From NCBI GenBank assembly GCA_014905635.1, contig JABVCE010000023.1, positions 434,001 through 498,000 of the forward strand: a stretch of DNA of 64,000 nucleotides, written 5' to 3'. The stretch's first letter is position 1, and every line of letters starts with the position of its first letter. Shown here piece after piece: positions 1-13,635 of the stretch. The notes below the pieces were generated by a model that saw only the letters and a program-made list of their open reading frames with translations, had not been told where the DNA came from and searched no databases. The position numbers were made by a program, and so were the translations under genes. Source of the stretch: Scenedesmus sp. PABB004. Lineage: Eukaryota.

Positions 1-1130
1 AGCGCTGCCGCTGCTGGCCCCCGCCGTAGCGGAGTCGCTGCGCGAGGTCGCCGCCGCCATGGGCCGCGCCGCCGCGTTGCGCGACGTGCAGCAGCTGCTG
101 CTGGTGCGCCGCTTTGCGGCGGCCGTGCCCGGGCTGAGCTGCGACCAACTGGGCGCGGTGCTGCGCGCGCTGCGCGCGCCGGGCGGCGCCGCGGGCGGCA
201 CGCGCTGCGGCGCGGCCGTGGCGCTGTGGGCGCGCGTGGTGGACCGGCGCGCGCTGGTCCAGGTCTTTGCGGGCCTGGCCCCGGGGGAGCAGCTCGCCCT
301 GATGGCCTGCCTGGGCAGCTACCACGTGTGGGCCGCGCTGCGCGCGCCGGCGGGGCTGCACTGGCGGCTGGACCTCACGGTGCCGGAGCAGCGCGACGTG
401 GCGCGCGAGGTCATAAGGGTGCGAGGGGAGCGAGGGAGCGGGGCGGGGCTGGCTGCCGGCGCGCGCTGTGCCGCGCGCGCCGCCGCCCACCCACGTATGA
501 TGCCTCGCGGCGCGCGGCCGGCCCGCCCAGGAGGCGGTGCGCGCGAGCCTGGCGGAGCGCGCGCGCAGCGGGTCGCGCGTGCGCCAGCTGCTGCGCCTGC
601 GCGCGTCTGGCAAGGAGGTGGCCGACCCCGAGGACGACAAGCTCTGGCTCAGCCTGGAGAGCAAGCACAGCGACCTGGAGTTTGACTACGCGCCCACGCA
701 GGAGCAGGGCCTGCTCGCGCAGCAGCGCGCGGCGGCGCGCATCCTCGCGGCGTGGCGGCGGCGGCGTGCGCGCCGCGCCGCGGGCAGCCGGCCCGCCACG
801 CCCGGCGCGGCGGCCGAGGGCGCGGGGGGCCTGCCGCCGGCGCCGGCACCGTGCCGCGCGCCCCCGCCTCCGGCGACGCCGCTCGGCAGCGACAGCTGCA
901 GCTTCAGCGGTGCGAGTGGCCTTGACAGCGGCGGCACCACCTCCAGCCTCTCCACCGGCGGCAGCTGCGCCAGCTTTTACACCAGCGGCAGCTGCACGCC
1001 GCTCTCAGCCGCCAGCGCTGTGTCAGACGGCGAGGTGCCCCGCGTGCTCGACCTCCACGCGGGCCTCGCCGCGCAGCGCGCGGCGCTGGGCGGCAGCGCG
1101 CGCCCCACGCCGCGCCTGGGCGCCGAGTGA
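1..1130 (+). CDS. 3' part of a hypothetical protein with an IQ-like motif; 5' end lies outside the window
   Basis: Coding-like frame to about 418, then a GT..AG intron to about 529, then a final exon ...DPEDDKLWLSLESKHSDLEFDYAPTQEQGLLAQQRAAARILAAWRRRRARR... with TGA at 1128-1130. Confidence 0.55.
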
Positions 1131-1407
1131 GCGGGCCAGCGGCACCGGCACGGGCGGCGGCGGCTGTGTGTGGGGGCTGCGGCCGGCGTGACTGCAACCC
1201 GCGCGCGGCCTGACGCGGTGCAGGGCCCAGCCCCGACGGCCCGGCGGTTGAGCGCACGCGCGCGCGCCCCGGCTCCCCTCAGCCCCAGGGCCAAGGCTCT
1301 CACAGCCACGCCCAGGCAGCGCCGGCCGCGTGCCCCCGCGCAGCGCGAGCGAGCGGACCCGCTCCCCTCCGCGCCGCCGCCCTCCGCCGCCGCCGCCAGC
1401 CTGCGTG

Positions 1408-3407
1408 ATGGCGAGCCCCACCACCGCCCAGGCGCCCCCCGACCGGACCCGCGCTCTGCCGGTAAGCGGGGCGGCCTGGGCAGCCGGGGGCGGGCGCTCG
1501 GCGCGTTCGAGCAGCGGGCGGCTGCTGGCGCACCGTAGCGGGGCGGGACCGGGCCAGGCGCGCGTGATCCGCGGCCGGCGCGGTCCCGGGAGCCCCCCCT
1601 GGTGCTTCCGCGGCCCGCCGTGGCCCGCGCGGCGAGCGGCGCGCGCCCGGCAGCGGCGGCGACGCGCGCTGCTGAATGCGCCCGCCCCGCCCGCGGCCGC
1701 CGCGCGCCCGGACTCACACGCCGTGTCGCGCCCTGTGCCGTTCGTGCCACGCGCAGGACGACAGCAACGGCGAGCAGGGCGGCCTGCCGCGCGAGCTGCT
1801 GGCGGGCGTGCTGGCGCGGCTGCCGCGCGCCGGCCGCCTGCGCGCCGCGCTGGCGTGCAGCGACTGGCGCGACGCGGCCACGGCTGCCACGACCAGCATC
1901 GTTGTGAAGGAGGCGACGCAGCCCCGCGCCGACGGCCTGGCAGCGTGGCTGGGCGCCCGCGGCAGGCAGGTGGCGCTGCTGGAGGTGGAGGCGCTGGTGC
2001 GCGCCACGCTCGCCCTGCCCTGCAAGGCGCTGGTGCGGCTGGAGGCGCTGCGCCTGCAGGGCGTGGGCCTGGTGACGCCGAGCGGTGTCACGCTGGCGCC
2101 GCTGGCGGGCCGGCTGACCAGCCTGGAGCTGGAGCGGTGCGGGCTGCCGCTGCCGGTGGTGGAGTCGCGGGGCGCGCTGACGCGCCTGCGGCGGCTGGAG
2201 CTGGAGCTGGAGCTGGATCGCAACGCACCCAGGGAGCACACGGCGGCGCTGGTCGCGGCGCTCGGTGCCCTGACGCAGCTCACGCGCCTGACCCTGGGCG
2301 GGAGCGGCCTCACGGACGAGGTGGCGGCGACGCCCGTGAGCGGCCTGGCGGCGCTGGCGGAGCTGCGGCTGGCGGGGGCTGGCTCCGTGCCGCAGCTGCC
2401 GACCGGCCTCACGTGGCTGGAGCTGGATGGGATGCAGCTGCCGCCGGCGACGCTGGCGGCGTGCAGGGGCCTGCAGCACCTGGAGTGTGGCCTTGGCGCC
2501 CGGGGCGGCGAGCTGCTGGCAGCGGTGGGCGCGTGCACGCAGCTTGAGCAGCTGACCATCACGGGCTTGGACGACGAGCAGCTGCTGCCTGCGGCCGCGT
2601 GGGCGCCGCTGGCCGCGCTGAGCGGCCGGCTGACGAGGTTAGAGATCGGGGACCCTGTGCGCTGCGGCGCGGGCGCGCACCTCTTCCCGGCTGGCTGCAC
2701 GTTTTCGCGCCTCGAGCAGCTGGCCATTCGCTTTTCTGCAGACTTTTACGAGCACCTGTGGGCGGCGGTGCAGGCCGACGTGGACGGCCTGGCGGCAGCC
2801 TGCCCGGCGCTGCGCGAGCTGGCGGTGGGGTACGGCGGCTTTGGATCGCTGTTCGCGCCGCCGCCGGTGCGCCTGCACGGGCTGCTTGCGCTGACTCGCC
2901 TGACGCGCCTGCACGTGCTGGATGCGAGCTTTGACGGCCAGGATGTCTATTTGTTCGTCAGCAATGACCAGGCGAAGACCGTGCTCGCCCACCTGACCGG
3001 CCTGCGCGAGCTGGAGACGGGACGCTGCTGCTACGACCTGACCCCCGCCGGTGTGCTGCACCTGACGGCGCTCACGGGGCTGTCGTCTCTGCGGGTGACT
3101 TTCTGCGATGAGGACGGCAATCTAGACGACGACGACACCTGCTGGGAAAGCGAGGTGTGTGACAGGGGCGCGGGGCGGGGGGGGGGGCGCTGGCCGCGCG
3201 CTGCGCGGGCTGCGCGGCGGAGCCGTGCGCCACTGCCTCAAGCTTGTGCCCCCGCGCAGGAGCGCCGCCCACCTGCCCGCCGCCGCTGCCCGCGCCCCGC
3301 AGGCGCCCGACGGCGCGCCGCCAGACGTGTGGCGACAGCTGCAGGCGTGGTGCGATGCTGAGTGGCGTGAGCGCGAAAGGCTGATGGCGCGCCGTCTGCG
3401 GCGGTGA
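1408..3407 (+). CDS. F-box/leucine-rich-repeat protein, paralogue 1
   Basis: Exons 1408-1461 (GTAAG donor), 1757-3154 and 3303-3407. F-box-like LPRELLAGVLARLPRAGRLRAALACSDWRDAA is followed by LxxLxxLxL repeats. The same 3-exon layout occurs in the two paralogues in this window. Confidence 0.8.
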
Positions 3408-3711
3408 GCTGACCGTGCAGCTGCCGATGATGTGCTAGCGACGGGGGCAGGCGGCGAGGAGTTTGGCGTGCAGAGGCCCGGTTGGCGGCGGGGGCAGGAG
3501 GCGGCTGCGTGTGTGAGGTCGTGTGCGTGCGCGCGCGGATCGTGGGCTGACTCGGTCGATCGCAGTCAAAGTCGGAGCAAAGGGCAAGGCTCGTCAGCCG
3601 CCCGCTGCCAACCGCGCTGCCGCCGACGCGGTCAGCTGACGGTGCAGCCGCTGATGCCAGCGGCGGCGCGCAGTGCAGCAGGGAGGCAGCCGCACACGCC
3701 GAGGAGCAGAC

Positions 3712-5944
3712 TTACAGGCCGCCCATGCCGCCGCCCGCCAGGTCGGCCTCCAGTCGCGCGGAGAGCTCGCCGGCCAGCGCCGTGGCCGCCGCCAGCAGCT
3801 CCTTCTGCTCCACCCGGGCGGCCAGCGCGGCTCGAAATCGCGCGGAGCCGCGCGCGCCTGGCGCGCCGCCGGCGCCCGCGCCCGCTCGCTGCAGGCCGTG
3901 CAGCCCTCGCAGCAGCGCCTCCTGCTCCTCCAGCAGCCGCGGCAGCGCGGCCTCGCAGCGCACCTGCGCCGCCGCCGCCGCCGCCGCGCCGGGCGGCGCC
4001 GTGGCTTGCCAGGCCGGCAGCCCCAGCTCCGCCGCGTCGGCGCAGAGGCCGCCCAGCACGACGGCTGCCGCGGCCGCGCCGCGCTCGCAGTGCGAGCCCA
4101 GGCTGGCCCAGGCGTGCGCGAGCGCGAGCGCCGCGACCACGCGCGCGTGCGCAGCCTCGAACCCACGCAGCAGCACCTCTTGCTCGCGTGAGCCGCCGGC
4201 CGCCGCCGCCGAGACGGGCGGCGGCGGCTGTTGCGGCGGCGGCGGCGGCGGGCGCGCCTGCGCTGCGCTGTCTGCCTGCTGCAGCAGCACCGCGTCCTGC
4301 GCTGCCGTGGTGCGGCAGCCCGCGAGCTGCGCCTCGCAAGCAGTGCGCAGCGCGCGTGCCGTCCACGCCTGAAGCTGCGCCTCCCAGCGCCGCCGCTGCC
4401 GCCGCTGCCGCTGCCGGGGCGTGCCGCCCAGCCTCGTCGGGTCCGCCGTCACCGGCGGTGCGGCGCCGGGCCGCTGCTGCTGCTGCTGCTGTTCCAGGGC
4501 TGCGTCCAGGTGCTGCGCAAACGTGGCCTCCACCATCTCCTGCAGGTGCTCCGGCAGCAGCGGGCGGAAGGTGGGTTCAGGCCCATCGCCGATCGCCGCC
4601 GCCGCCTCCGCCAGCGCCGCGGCGCCCCTCGCGTCGGCGCGCGCGTCCTCAATGCTCGCCGGCATCGCCAGCGGCAGGTTGGCGGCCGCCACGACGACCC
4701 GCGCGCGCAGCGCCGCCGCCGCGCCGCCGTCAAGCCCCGGGCCGCCGCCGCCACCGCCCGCGCGCGCGCGCCCGAGCAGGGCCGCGGCCGCCCCGACCGT
4801 GGCCGCCCAGGGCAGGCGCGGCAGCGCGCCGCAGCGCGCCGGGAGGGCCAGGACCCAGTCGCCGGCCTTGGCGGGGAGCGTGAACCCCCAGCCGAGCAGC
4901 ATCGCCGCGTTGGACAGCGGCGGGCAGTACGGCGCCGTGACCTGCTCCCCCGCCGCGATGCCCCGCGCCGCGCACAGCGCAAAGCCAAAGCCGCCGCCGC
5001 GCGCGGTGTCGGCGTCCGCGCAGCGCCGCGCGTTTGCGGCGCCGCGCTCGGCGTGGTTGGCCATGTCATGCAGCGGCATCAGCCGCAGGCAGCCCGCGTC
5101 GCCGTGCGCGCGCGTCTTGACGAGCGCGAGCGCCCAGCCCACGTCGGCGCCTGCGGCGCGCGGCGGTGGGCAGGTGGGCGGGCGGGCTGGCGGGCGGGCG
5201 GGCGCCTTGCGCTCGCGCCAGCCCTGCGAGGCGCGCCGCGGCCGCTGCGGCTCACTCACTGCTGTCCGCGAGGCGCAGCTGCGCGAGCGCGTCGCCCCGC
5301 CCCGCCAGGGCCACGTAGGCCGCGAGCGTCCCGCGTCGCGCGTCGCGGTTGTGCGACGCGACCCAGGAGCGCAGCGCGGCCGGCTCGAGCGCGGCGAGCT
5401 CATCGCCGGACCAGCCGCCAGCGCAGGCCGCCGCGGAGTCGCCCGCGCCCTCGAGCAGCGCGACGTAGCTGCGCCAAAACAAGGGCGGCGCCGCCGGCGC
5501 GCGGCGCAGCCACAGCAGCCAGGCGGCCAGGCGCACCGCGGGCGGGGCGCCTGGGTCTGCAACGAAGGCTGCCAGCGCTGGCGGCAGCGCGCAGCGCGCG
5601 GCGGCCTCGTAGCTGGCCAGCCACGCCCGCCAGGCCGGCAGGACGGCGGCGTGCTTGGGCACGGCGAGCACGTGTGCCGGGTCGAGCTCCAGTAGCACCT
5701 CCCCCGCCGCGAGGCGCCGCGACGCGACCAGGCCCCGCCCGCCGCCGGGCGTGGACGCGATCCGCACCGCACAGCGCGCGGCGCCCGCCTCCAGCTCCCG
5801 GGCGTGCTGCTGCTGCTGATCGTCCACGGCCGCCTGGCCGAGCGCGCCCGCCGCCGCGCCACCGCAGCACGAGCCGCGCGCCGGCCGCCGCTGCTGCCGC
5901 TGCGCGGGCGCCGCGGGCGTCGCCGCCACGCCGCTGAGCCGCAT
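3712..5944 (-). CDS. SET-domain protein of the Rubisco-LSMT/SETD6 type
   Basis: GGRGLVASRRLAAGEVLLEL in exon 1 (5944 to about 5258). WALALVKTRA, LMPLHDMANH, IAAGEQV..Y and SNAAMLLGWGF in exon 2 (about 5150-3712). Confidence 0.8.
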
Positions 5945-6286
5945 GGATGTCACACAGCTCCCCAGCCGTGCGCAGCCGGGCGAGCGGGGGCGCGTGGGCG
6001 CCCTGCGCCCGCGCTGCGGCGCTGCTGCTGCTGCTGCTGCCGGCGCTGCCGTTGGCGATAGCTGCGCTCGCTCTCGCTCGCCTGCTCGGCCGCGGGGCGA
6101 AAAAGCAAGGGCAAGACTGGTCGACTTTACACCAGCGCCGGCGCAGAGCGCCGGCGCTCTGCACCGGCGCGCCGCGCGCTGCGCTTGCTGCGCCGCTGAG
6201 CGCCGAGGGGGGCTCAAACTCTGACCGCCGTCAACTCGCCGCGCTGAAGCCGCGGCCCGAGAGCCGCACTGACGCGCTCGTGCGCG

Positions 6287-9200
6287 TCACTTGCGCAGGC
6301 TGCCGAGCCGCGTGCCGCCGCGCCCGCCCGTGGGCCCGCCCAGCCGCCCGCGGCGCTCGGCGGGCGGCGGCGCGCCCGCCGCGTCGGCCGCGCCGGCGCC
6401 GCCGGCGGGCAGGTCGCCGAGGCCGCCCAGGCCGGCGAGGCCGACGCCGCCGCGCCGCGCCGCCTCGTCCTGCAGCTGCTGGCTGTGCCGCGCCGCCTCC
6501 GCCCGCGCCTTGGCGCCGCGCTGCGCCTTGGCCGCCGCGAGCGCGGCGCTGAACGACGGCGCGCCGAGGCCCGCCACCGCCGCCGCGGCCGCCGCCTCGG
6601 CCGCCGCGCTGCTGCCGGCCTCGCCCGCCGCGGGCGCCGCGCCGCCGCGGCCGCGCCGGCCTGCGGGGCGCGCGGTGCGGGGGTCGCGCGTCAGCCGCCC
6701 GCCGCGCCCCTGCGCGGCCGCCGCTGCGCGGCCGCGGCCGCACCTCCGCCGCGCGCTGCCGCCGCCGCGCCGGGTGGCGCGTGCGCCGGCTGCGCCGCGA
6801 AGAGGTCGTCCAGCACTCTGTAGTTGATCTTGTCGCTCAGCCGCGCGACCGCCTCCACGTTGGCGCGCGCGCCCGCGCCCGCGCTCTCCGCCTCGGGCAG
6901 CGCCGCGGGCCGGCGCTGGCTGCTGCCGCGCTTGGGGCCGGGCTTGGCGCGCGGCTTGCGCCCCGGCGCCGCGGCCGGCGCGGGCGGCGCGGCGCCGCCG
7001 TCGCCGGCGCGCTCGCCGCCGCCGGGCGCGCCCTCGCCCGCCGCCTCGGCCGCCGCGGCGACGGCCTCCGCGTTCTCCGCCGCCACGCGCTGCGCCTCGG
7101 CGGCCGCCGCCGCGGCCGCGTCCGCCGCCGCCTTCTTGGCCGCCTGGGCGGCGATCCAGTCGCGGTGCATGGACGACCACAGCAGCTGCGGCCGCGTGCG
7201 CGCCGGGCGGCGGCGGCGGCGGCGGCTGCTGCTCGGACGCCCGGCAGCGCGGGCGCCGCCACCCGCCCTCTCCCCCCCCCCCCCCCCGCGCCCCGCGCGC
7301 CCCGCGCGCCGCACCTCCTTGAGCGCCACCTCGCGCGGCGGGCGCATGTAGCTCTCAATCTCGTCGTCGTCCATCGCCTCCAGGTCGGTGTCGCTCTCGC
7401 CCTCGCTGCTGCGCCCGCTGACCGGCGAGCCGCTCCCGCTGCGCGGCGAGCCGCCGCCGGAGCCCTCGCCGTCGCTGCCGCCGCCGGCGCGGCGCTTGCG
7501 GCGCTTGCGGCCGCCGGCGGCCGCGGCCTCGCCGGCGCCGCCGTCGGGCTCGGCCGCCGCGCCGCCGTCGCCAGCGGCGCCGCCGCGGCCGCGCTTGCCG
7601 CCGCTGGCGCCGGCGCCGCCGCCGCGCAGCGCGTCGGTGACCAGCTCCGCCGCCCCCGGCGCGAGCGGCACGCCCAGGCCCTCCGCGGCGCTGGCTGCCA
7701 GCGCGGCGGCAAAGTCGGCGTCGCCCGCCCGCCCGGGCGTGCCGGGGCCGGCCTGGCTCGGCTGGCTGTCGGGCTGCCCCCGGCGCGACCGCCGGAGCGC
7801 CGGCTCCTGCTGCTGCGCCTGCTGCTGCTGCTGCGCCTGCTGCTGCCTGCAGGCGGCGCCGTAGCCGAGCAGGCTGGCGCCAAACTCGGCCCCGCCGCCG
7901 CCGCCCGCCTCGGCCGCGGCGCGGCTGCTGCCGGCGCCGGGGTCGCCGCCGCGCTGCGACTGCGTCGCCGGCGGGAGCACGGCGTCGTGCAGCTGCCGCA
8001 GCCCGCTCTCCAGCTCCGCCACCGCCGCCTCGCCGTCGACGTCGGCGGAGCCGCCCTCCTCCTCCGCCTCCTCCTCCGCCGCGGCGCCCTTGCGCGGCCG
8101 GCCGCGCCCGCGGCCGCGGCCGCGCCCCGCCCGCGCGCGCCCTTGGCGCCGCGGCCCGCGGCCTCCTCCTCCTGGCGCGGGCCGTGCGCGGCGTGCCTGC
8201 GGAAGCCCTGCGCCGCCATGTCGGCCATGATCTCGGCGTCGCTGCCGTGACCCGGCGCGGGCAGCAGCAGCCCCACGGGCGCGGGGCCGTCGCCGTCGGC
8301 GTCCGAGGACGCGCCGCTGCCGCGCCGCCCCGCGCGCAGCAGGCCGCCCGGCGCGCCGGCGCGCTTGAACGCGGGCGGGTCCGCGCCGCCGCCCCAGATG
8401 CCGCCCGTGGTCTGGAGGAAGTGCAGGAAGCACTCGGCGCACATGCCCAGCGCGCTGTGCGGCGCCGCGCCCGCGCTCACGTGCTCGCACACGTTGAGCT
8501 GCGCGGCGCCGCCCTCGGCGCCGTCGCCGCGCGCCACCGCGAGCGCGCCGCGGGCGCCGCCGCCGGGCTCTGCCTCGCCCTCGCCGCCGCCCTCGGCCTC
8601 GCCGCGCTCGCCGTCGCCGCCGCCGGGCTCGGCGCCGGGCCCGCCCTCCACCAGCGCCACCTGGCGCTGCTGCTCCTGCGCCGCCTGCGCGCTCTTCAGG
8701 CGCTGTGACGGCGGCGGCGAGCGGCGCGGCGTGAGGCTGGGGCGGCGCACCAGCGCGCGGCGCGCGGCGCTGCGCCTCTGCCGCCGCCGCCGCGCACCAG
8801 CGCCGCCACGAGCGCGGCCTGCTCCGCCTCGGCGGCGGTGCTCGCTGCATCAAACTCTGCCAGCGTGAGGTTGGCCACCGCGGCGGCGCTGAACTCGCGC
8901 ACGCGCCGGTCCAGCGTGGCCCAGCCCACGTGCACGACGCCCATCACGTCAACCTGCGGGCCAGCGCCCCGCCGCGCGGTCTCACAGCCGCCCAGCCCGC
9001 CGCCGCCGCGCAGCCGCCGCGCGCAGCCGCCGCGTGCAGCCGCCGCGCAGCCGCCGCGCGCCACCGCCGCGCAGCCGCGCCTTTGTCTTTGGCAGGCCGT
9101 GCATGTGGCACGCCATCCACAGCGCCGCGCCGCACACGCCCGCGGGGCGGCGCCCCGTCTGCATCCAGTCGCGCTTCATCTGGCCGATGAGCCGCAGCGC

Positions 9201-10186
9201 GGTGTTGCCCACGGGCTGGCTCTGCGCCCCGACCCGCGGCCGCGGCGCGGGCGGCGCGTCAGCGTCAGCAGCTTCGGCCCGCGCGCGGGCGCCGCCGCTG
9301 CGCGCCGCCCCCCGCCGCTCCCCGGGCGCGCGGGGGCGCGCACCGCTGGCGGCCCGATGCCGAGCCTGTCGACGAAGCGGTGGAGGTAGAGGCTGGGGTC
9401 GACCGGGCGCGTGAGGCTGGGGTGGTCCTCCACGCGCAGCAGCTTGGCCAGCTGCAGGTACACGCCGCCCAGGCGGTACACGTTGACCTGCGGCGCCCGC
9501 CCCGCGCGCGCCGCGGCGGCGGCGGCGGCGGCCTCGGCACGCGTGCGTGTCCCCCGCGCGCCACGCGGCGGGCGGCGGCGCGTGCGCGCCTGCAGGAGGT
9601 CTGCGAGGTCTATGAGCATGATCGCCTTGCCCTCCTGGCGGCAGATGATGTAGAGGCAGGCCGCGGCGACCTGGGGGACCTGGCGGCCCTTGGTGAAGCC
9701 GCCCTGCACCGCGAGGCGGTACAGGCGGTGCGCCGCCTCGAGGCAGTCGGTCTGGGGGCGGATGAGGAAGTGGTCGATCATCGCCGCCAGCTCGGTGCGG
9801 CCCTTGGCCAGGGACACCTCGTGGCTGTCGCCCTGCGCGGACGCGGGCGCACGCGGGCTCGCGGGCCGGGGCGGGCCGCGCGCGCCGGCGGCGGCGCCGG
9901 CGCCGCCCCCCGCGCGTGCGCGCCGGGCCCCCGCGCGGCGCGCGCCGCTCACCCGCATGCTCCACACTTTGCCGCCCGCCATGCGCTGCAGGCCGCGCAC
10001 GGCGCCCGTCTCGGACACAAACTGGCCCACCAGCTCGCCCTCGCCGTCGGCGCCCTTGACAAACGTGACATCGCTGCTGAACGCGGTGTCCTCCAGCACG
10101 CGCCCGCACCGCGCGCAGCACGTCATCGCGGCGCTGTCATTGTAGTCCACCTCCGCCGCCGCGCCGCAGGTCGGGCACCACACCAT
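6287..10186 (-). CDS. BRF1: TFIIIB subunit BRF1 (TFIIB-related factor), multi-exon
   Basis: N-terminal Zn ribbon MVWCPTCG...CCARCGRVLED; cyclin-fold motifs FTKGR.VPQVAAACLYIICRQE, DPSLYLHRF and MKRDWMQTGRRPAGVCGAAL; DPPAF; C-terminal RLSDKINYRVL. Confidence 0.92.
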
Positions 10187-10830
10187 CGCGCCGGCGGGCG
10201 GCGGCGCAGCGCCGCCGCCGCGAGCGCCCGCGTGCGCCGCGACGCGCCGGCCGCGCCGCTACTAGCCTCCCCGCCGCCGGCCGGGCGCAGCCGGCCCAGC
10301 GCCGCGCCGGCCCGTGCTGCGGCGCGCCCGCGCCGGCGGACGTTGGTGTGCCGCGGCCGACGCTCGCTCGCTGTCGCTAGGCACGCCCGCCGCTCAGCAT
10401 GCCCCGGCGGCGTGGTACAGCGCTTCAGCCGGCCTGGCGGCGTCCGTGGGGGCCGCGAGGGGCACACCGCGCAGCCGCGCAGAGCGCCGCGCCGCCGCTG
10501 CACGCGGCCGTGCTGCTGCCGCGCGCGCCTGGGGCCGGGCGGGCGCGGAGCTCGTGAGCGGAATGAGCACGGTGGGCGGTACAGCCGAGCGGGCGGCGAG
10601 TGAAGGGGCCTGGGAGAGCAGGCAGGCAGCAGCAGCTGGGCGGCCCCTGTCACAACCGGCACGCCTCTGCCGCCCGCCGCCCCTCCCTCCGACTCCCAAG
10701 CACATCCCCACCCCTCTCAGCCCGCGCTCTCGCGCGCAGCCACTCGCGAGCGCCGGCGCCGCCGCTGCCCGCTCTTCGCTGCCCGCACGCGCGCCGCCAC
10801 AGCCGCACGCCGCTGCTGCGCTTGTGGGCC

Positions 10831-12057
10831 ATGGCGGCGGCGGCGGAGGCGCAGCCGCAGCAGGCGCACACCACCGGCCTGGGTCCCCCGCCGCTCCTAG
10901 AGCTCGCGACGCGCGCGCTGGTCGCCTGCCGCCGCTGCCTGGGCGATGTGGGGTTCCTCGAGCCTGGCGCGCTGCGGCGCATCGCAGCCCACTGCAGCCG
11001 CGCCGAGCTGGAGCGCATCGAAGACGCGACGCTGTGCGGCGGCGCGCCGTGGCCGCCGCGGCGGCGCGCCTCTCTGCGCGGCGCCGCCCGCGGCGGTGGG
11101 CCCACACCCGCGCCCGCGCGCCGCCCCGCCGCAGCGAGGGCAGCCGGCGCGACCTCACCTGGTACACGTGGCACCTCTGGTGCGCGCCCACCCCCGCCCC
11201 CGGGCGCCCCGCCCCGCCCCGCGCGGGCGCGCACGCACGCGCCGAATCGCTCCGAGGGCGCTGCCGCCACCCCCGGCCACGCCTCCCCCCCCTGCCTCTC
11301 CCCGGCCAGGCACCGCATCTACGCCACCCGCTTCACGCCGCCCGCGCCGGGCGAGCCGCTGGCGCCGCTGCCGGGCGAGGCGCCGTGCGACTACGAGCCG
11401 CCGCGCGGCGTGACCCACGCGCCAGGTGGGCCCGGGGGCAGCCGGGCGCCCTGCCCACGCGCGCGCGCGGGCGCCGCCCGCCCGGGCCGCCGCGCACCGC
11501 TGCCAGGTCACGCGCTCGCACGCTCGCTCGCCCGGTCCCCCCCCCCCCTGCAGCCGACTACCGTGCAATGCTGGCCGCGGCAGAGGCGCGCGAGGCGGCG
11601 CGCCGCGCGGCCGCGGCGGGGCGGCTCAAGCGGTCCTACCGGGCCGAGGCGGCGTCGCGGCAGAGCCACGGCGTCGAGGTGCGGGGGGCGGGGAGGCGCA
11701 CGGGCGGCCGGCGGCGCCGCCGGCCGGCCGCCGCCCACACGCCCCTCCCCCCCCCCTGCTGCGCCACAGTTCACGGCCAAGCTGCCGCCAGCGAAGCGCG
11801 CGCGCGTGCCCGGCTCGCCCGCGGCCGCGGCGGCGTCGTCGCACACGCTGGCCGGCAAGCCGGCGTCCAAGGTGCTCGCCAGCCTGGGCCTTGCGCGCAA
11901 GGCCGGCGGCGCCGCGCCGCGCGCGCAGGCCGCGCCCGCCAGCGGCGGCGTGTTCAGCCCCGCGGCGCGCGCGGCGGCGGCGGCGGCGGCGGCCAAGCAC
12001 GCGGCGATGCGGCAGCAGCAGCAGCAGCCCTCCGCGCTCGCGTGCCTCGCGCGGCCG

Positions 12058-12095
<38 letters not shown>

Positions 12096-12238
12096 GCCGC
12101 CGCGCGGCGGCCTTGCGCAGCCGGCGGGCGCGAGCGCGCGCGGCAAGCAGCCGCCAGGCGGGGGCGCGCGCCCGCCGGCGCCGTCGCCGCTGGCGGGGAG
12201 CAAGCGCGGCCTGCTGGGCGCGCCGCTCGTGCTGGGCC

Positions 12239-12297
<59 letters not shown>

Positions 12298-12354
12298 ATG
12301 AGGGGCGGCGCGCCGAGCGCGGCGCGCTCGCCCGCCGGCGGCCAGCGGCGCTGA
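10831..12354 (+). CDS. Elongin-A-like domain protein with a Gln/Gly low-complexity C-terminus
   Basis: PPLLELATRALVACRRCLGDVGFLEPGALRRIAAHCSRAELERIEDAT...DLTWYTWHLW matches the Elongin A BC-box/F-box-like region. Several short introns; TGA at 12352-12354. Confidence 0.65.
12241..12297 (+). repeat. (GGC)n microsatellite encoding poly-Gly; (CAG)n tracts nearby at 12061-12093 and 12364-12402
   Basis: Perfect trinucleotide runs visible in the sequence. Confidence 0.95.
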
Positions 12355-12362
12355 GAGGGCGC

Positions 12363-12405
<43 letters not shown>

Positions 12406-12759
12406 GACAGCAGCATCAGAACCAGCAGAGCAGGTAGGCAGCAGCAGTGGCAGGGCGAGAGACACAGGCTTGGGAGGGCGCACGAGCGGGCGGGTGACGC
12501 GGCGCGGCCAGCGGCACCGGCGGCCCCCGCCGCGTGCAAGCGTCGTTGCAATTTGTGACGGCCCTGCCAGCGCGCAGGGCGCGCCCCCGCCGGCACGCGC
12601 GGCGCGCGGCGCTTGCTTATGACGGCGCGACGGCGGCGTGCCGCGCCCTGAGCCCCGCGCGCCCGCCAGCGGTCAGCACCGACGTGCGCTGGCCTCAGTG
12701 TTCGCGGCGCCCCACGCGCCGGTCCAGCCGAGCGCCGCGCCCTGGCGCGCGCAACTGCG

Positions 12760-13599
12760 ATGTCGCGGCCGCGGCCTGGAGCGGGCTTTTGGGCGCGCCT
12801 GATGGCGCAGTGCCTGCCAGAGCCGTCGCCGGTGCGACCTTACGTGCATCCGTCGCAGTATCGGTGCGCCCGGGCACGGGGCGCGCGCGCGCGGCATCGC
12901 GCCGGCCGCGCGCCGCGCCCCGCGGCCGCCGTGTCGCGCTCAGCGCTAAACCGCGTGCGTCGGTGCCTGACGTGCACGACGCGCCGCGCTCCCGGGCGCG
13001 CGCGCGCCCAGGGCGGTGGAGAACGTGCGCCACTACAGCGACGGCATGCACAAGCTCTACGTGCCCAACTACTTCACCCTGGCCGTCGCCACGGTGACGC
13101 TGGGCCTCTACATCGGCATCCCACACATCCTGCTGGGCCTGCTGGCGGCGAGCTGGTGGTGGCGGCCGGCGGCGGTCGCGCTGTGCGTGCTGCTCGCGTC
13201 GCTCGCGCTGCCCGCGGGCCCGCTGCGCGTGCGGCGCGTGCTGTCGAGCTACCTCTTCCTCTGCTGGCGCCGGTACTTCACGTTCAGCTACCTCTTCGAG
13301 CACAGCCTCGACTGCTACCAGGACTACATCATCGCCCAGTTCCCGCACGGCGCCTTCCCGCTCGGCGCGCTCGTCGGCGGCAGCTTCATGGCCACCGAGT
13401 ACCCCGACTACCACTGCTACGCCCTCGCCGCGCACAGCGCCTTCCTGGTGCCCATCTGGCGACACGTGCACGCCTGGCTCGGGACAGAGGTCTGCACCAA
13501 GACCAACTTCCACGCACTCCTCGCGCGCGGCGTCGGCGGCCCGCTGCGCCGGCACAGCGGCGGCGGCGGCGGCGGCGCCGGCGGCGGCGCGGGCTCCGC

Positions 13600-13635
<36 letters not shown>

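Noticed and set aside
3712..5944. Functional link between the LSMT-type SET gene and the RCA locus
   Set aside because: About 45 kb apart, and the family is large with diverse substrates. Nothing in the sequence supports a cluster.
8390..8490. Cys/His cluster in the middle of BRF1 as a novel inserted domain
   Set aside because: The CEH...GxC..C...GG.DPPAF segment is a normal feature of green-lineage BRF1.
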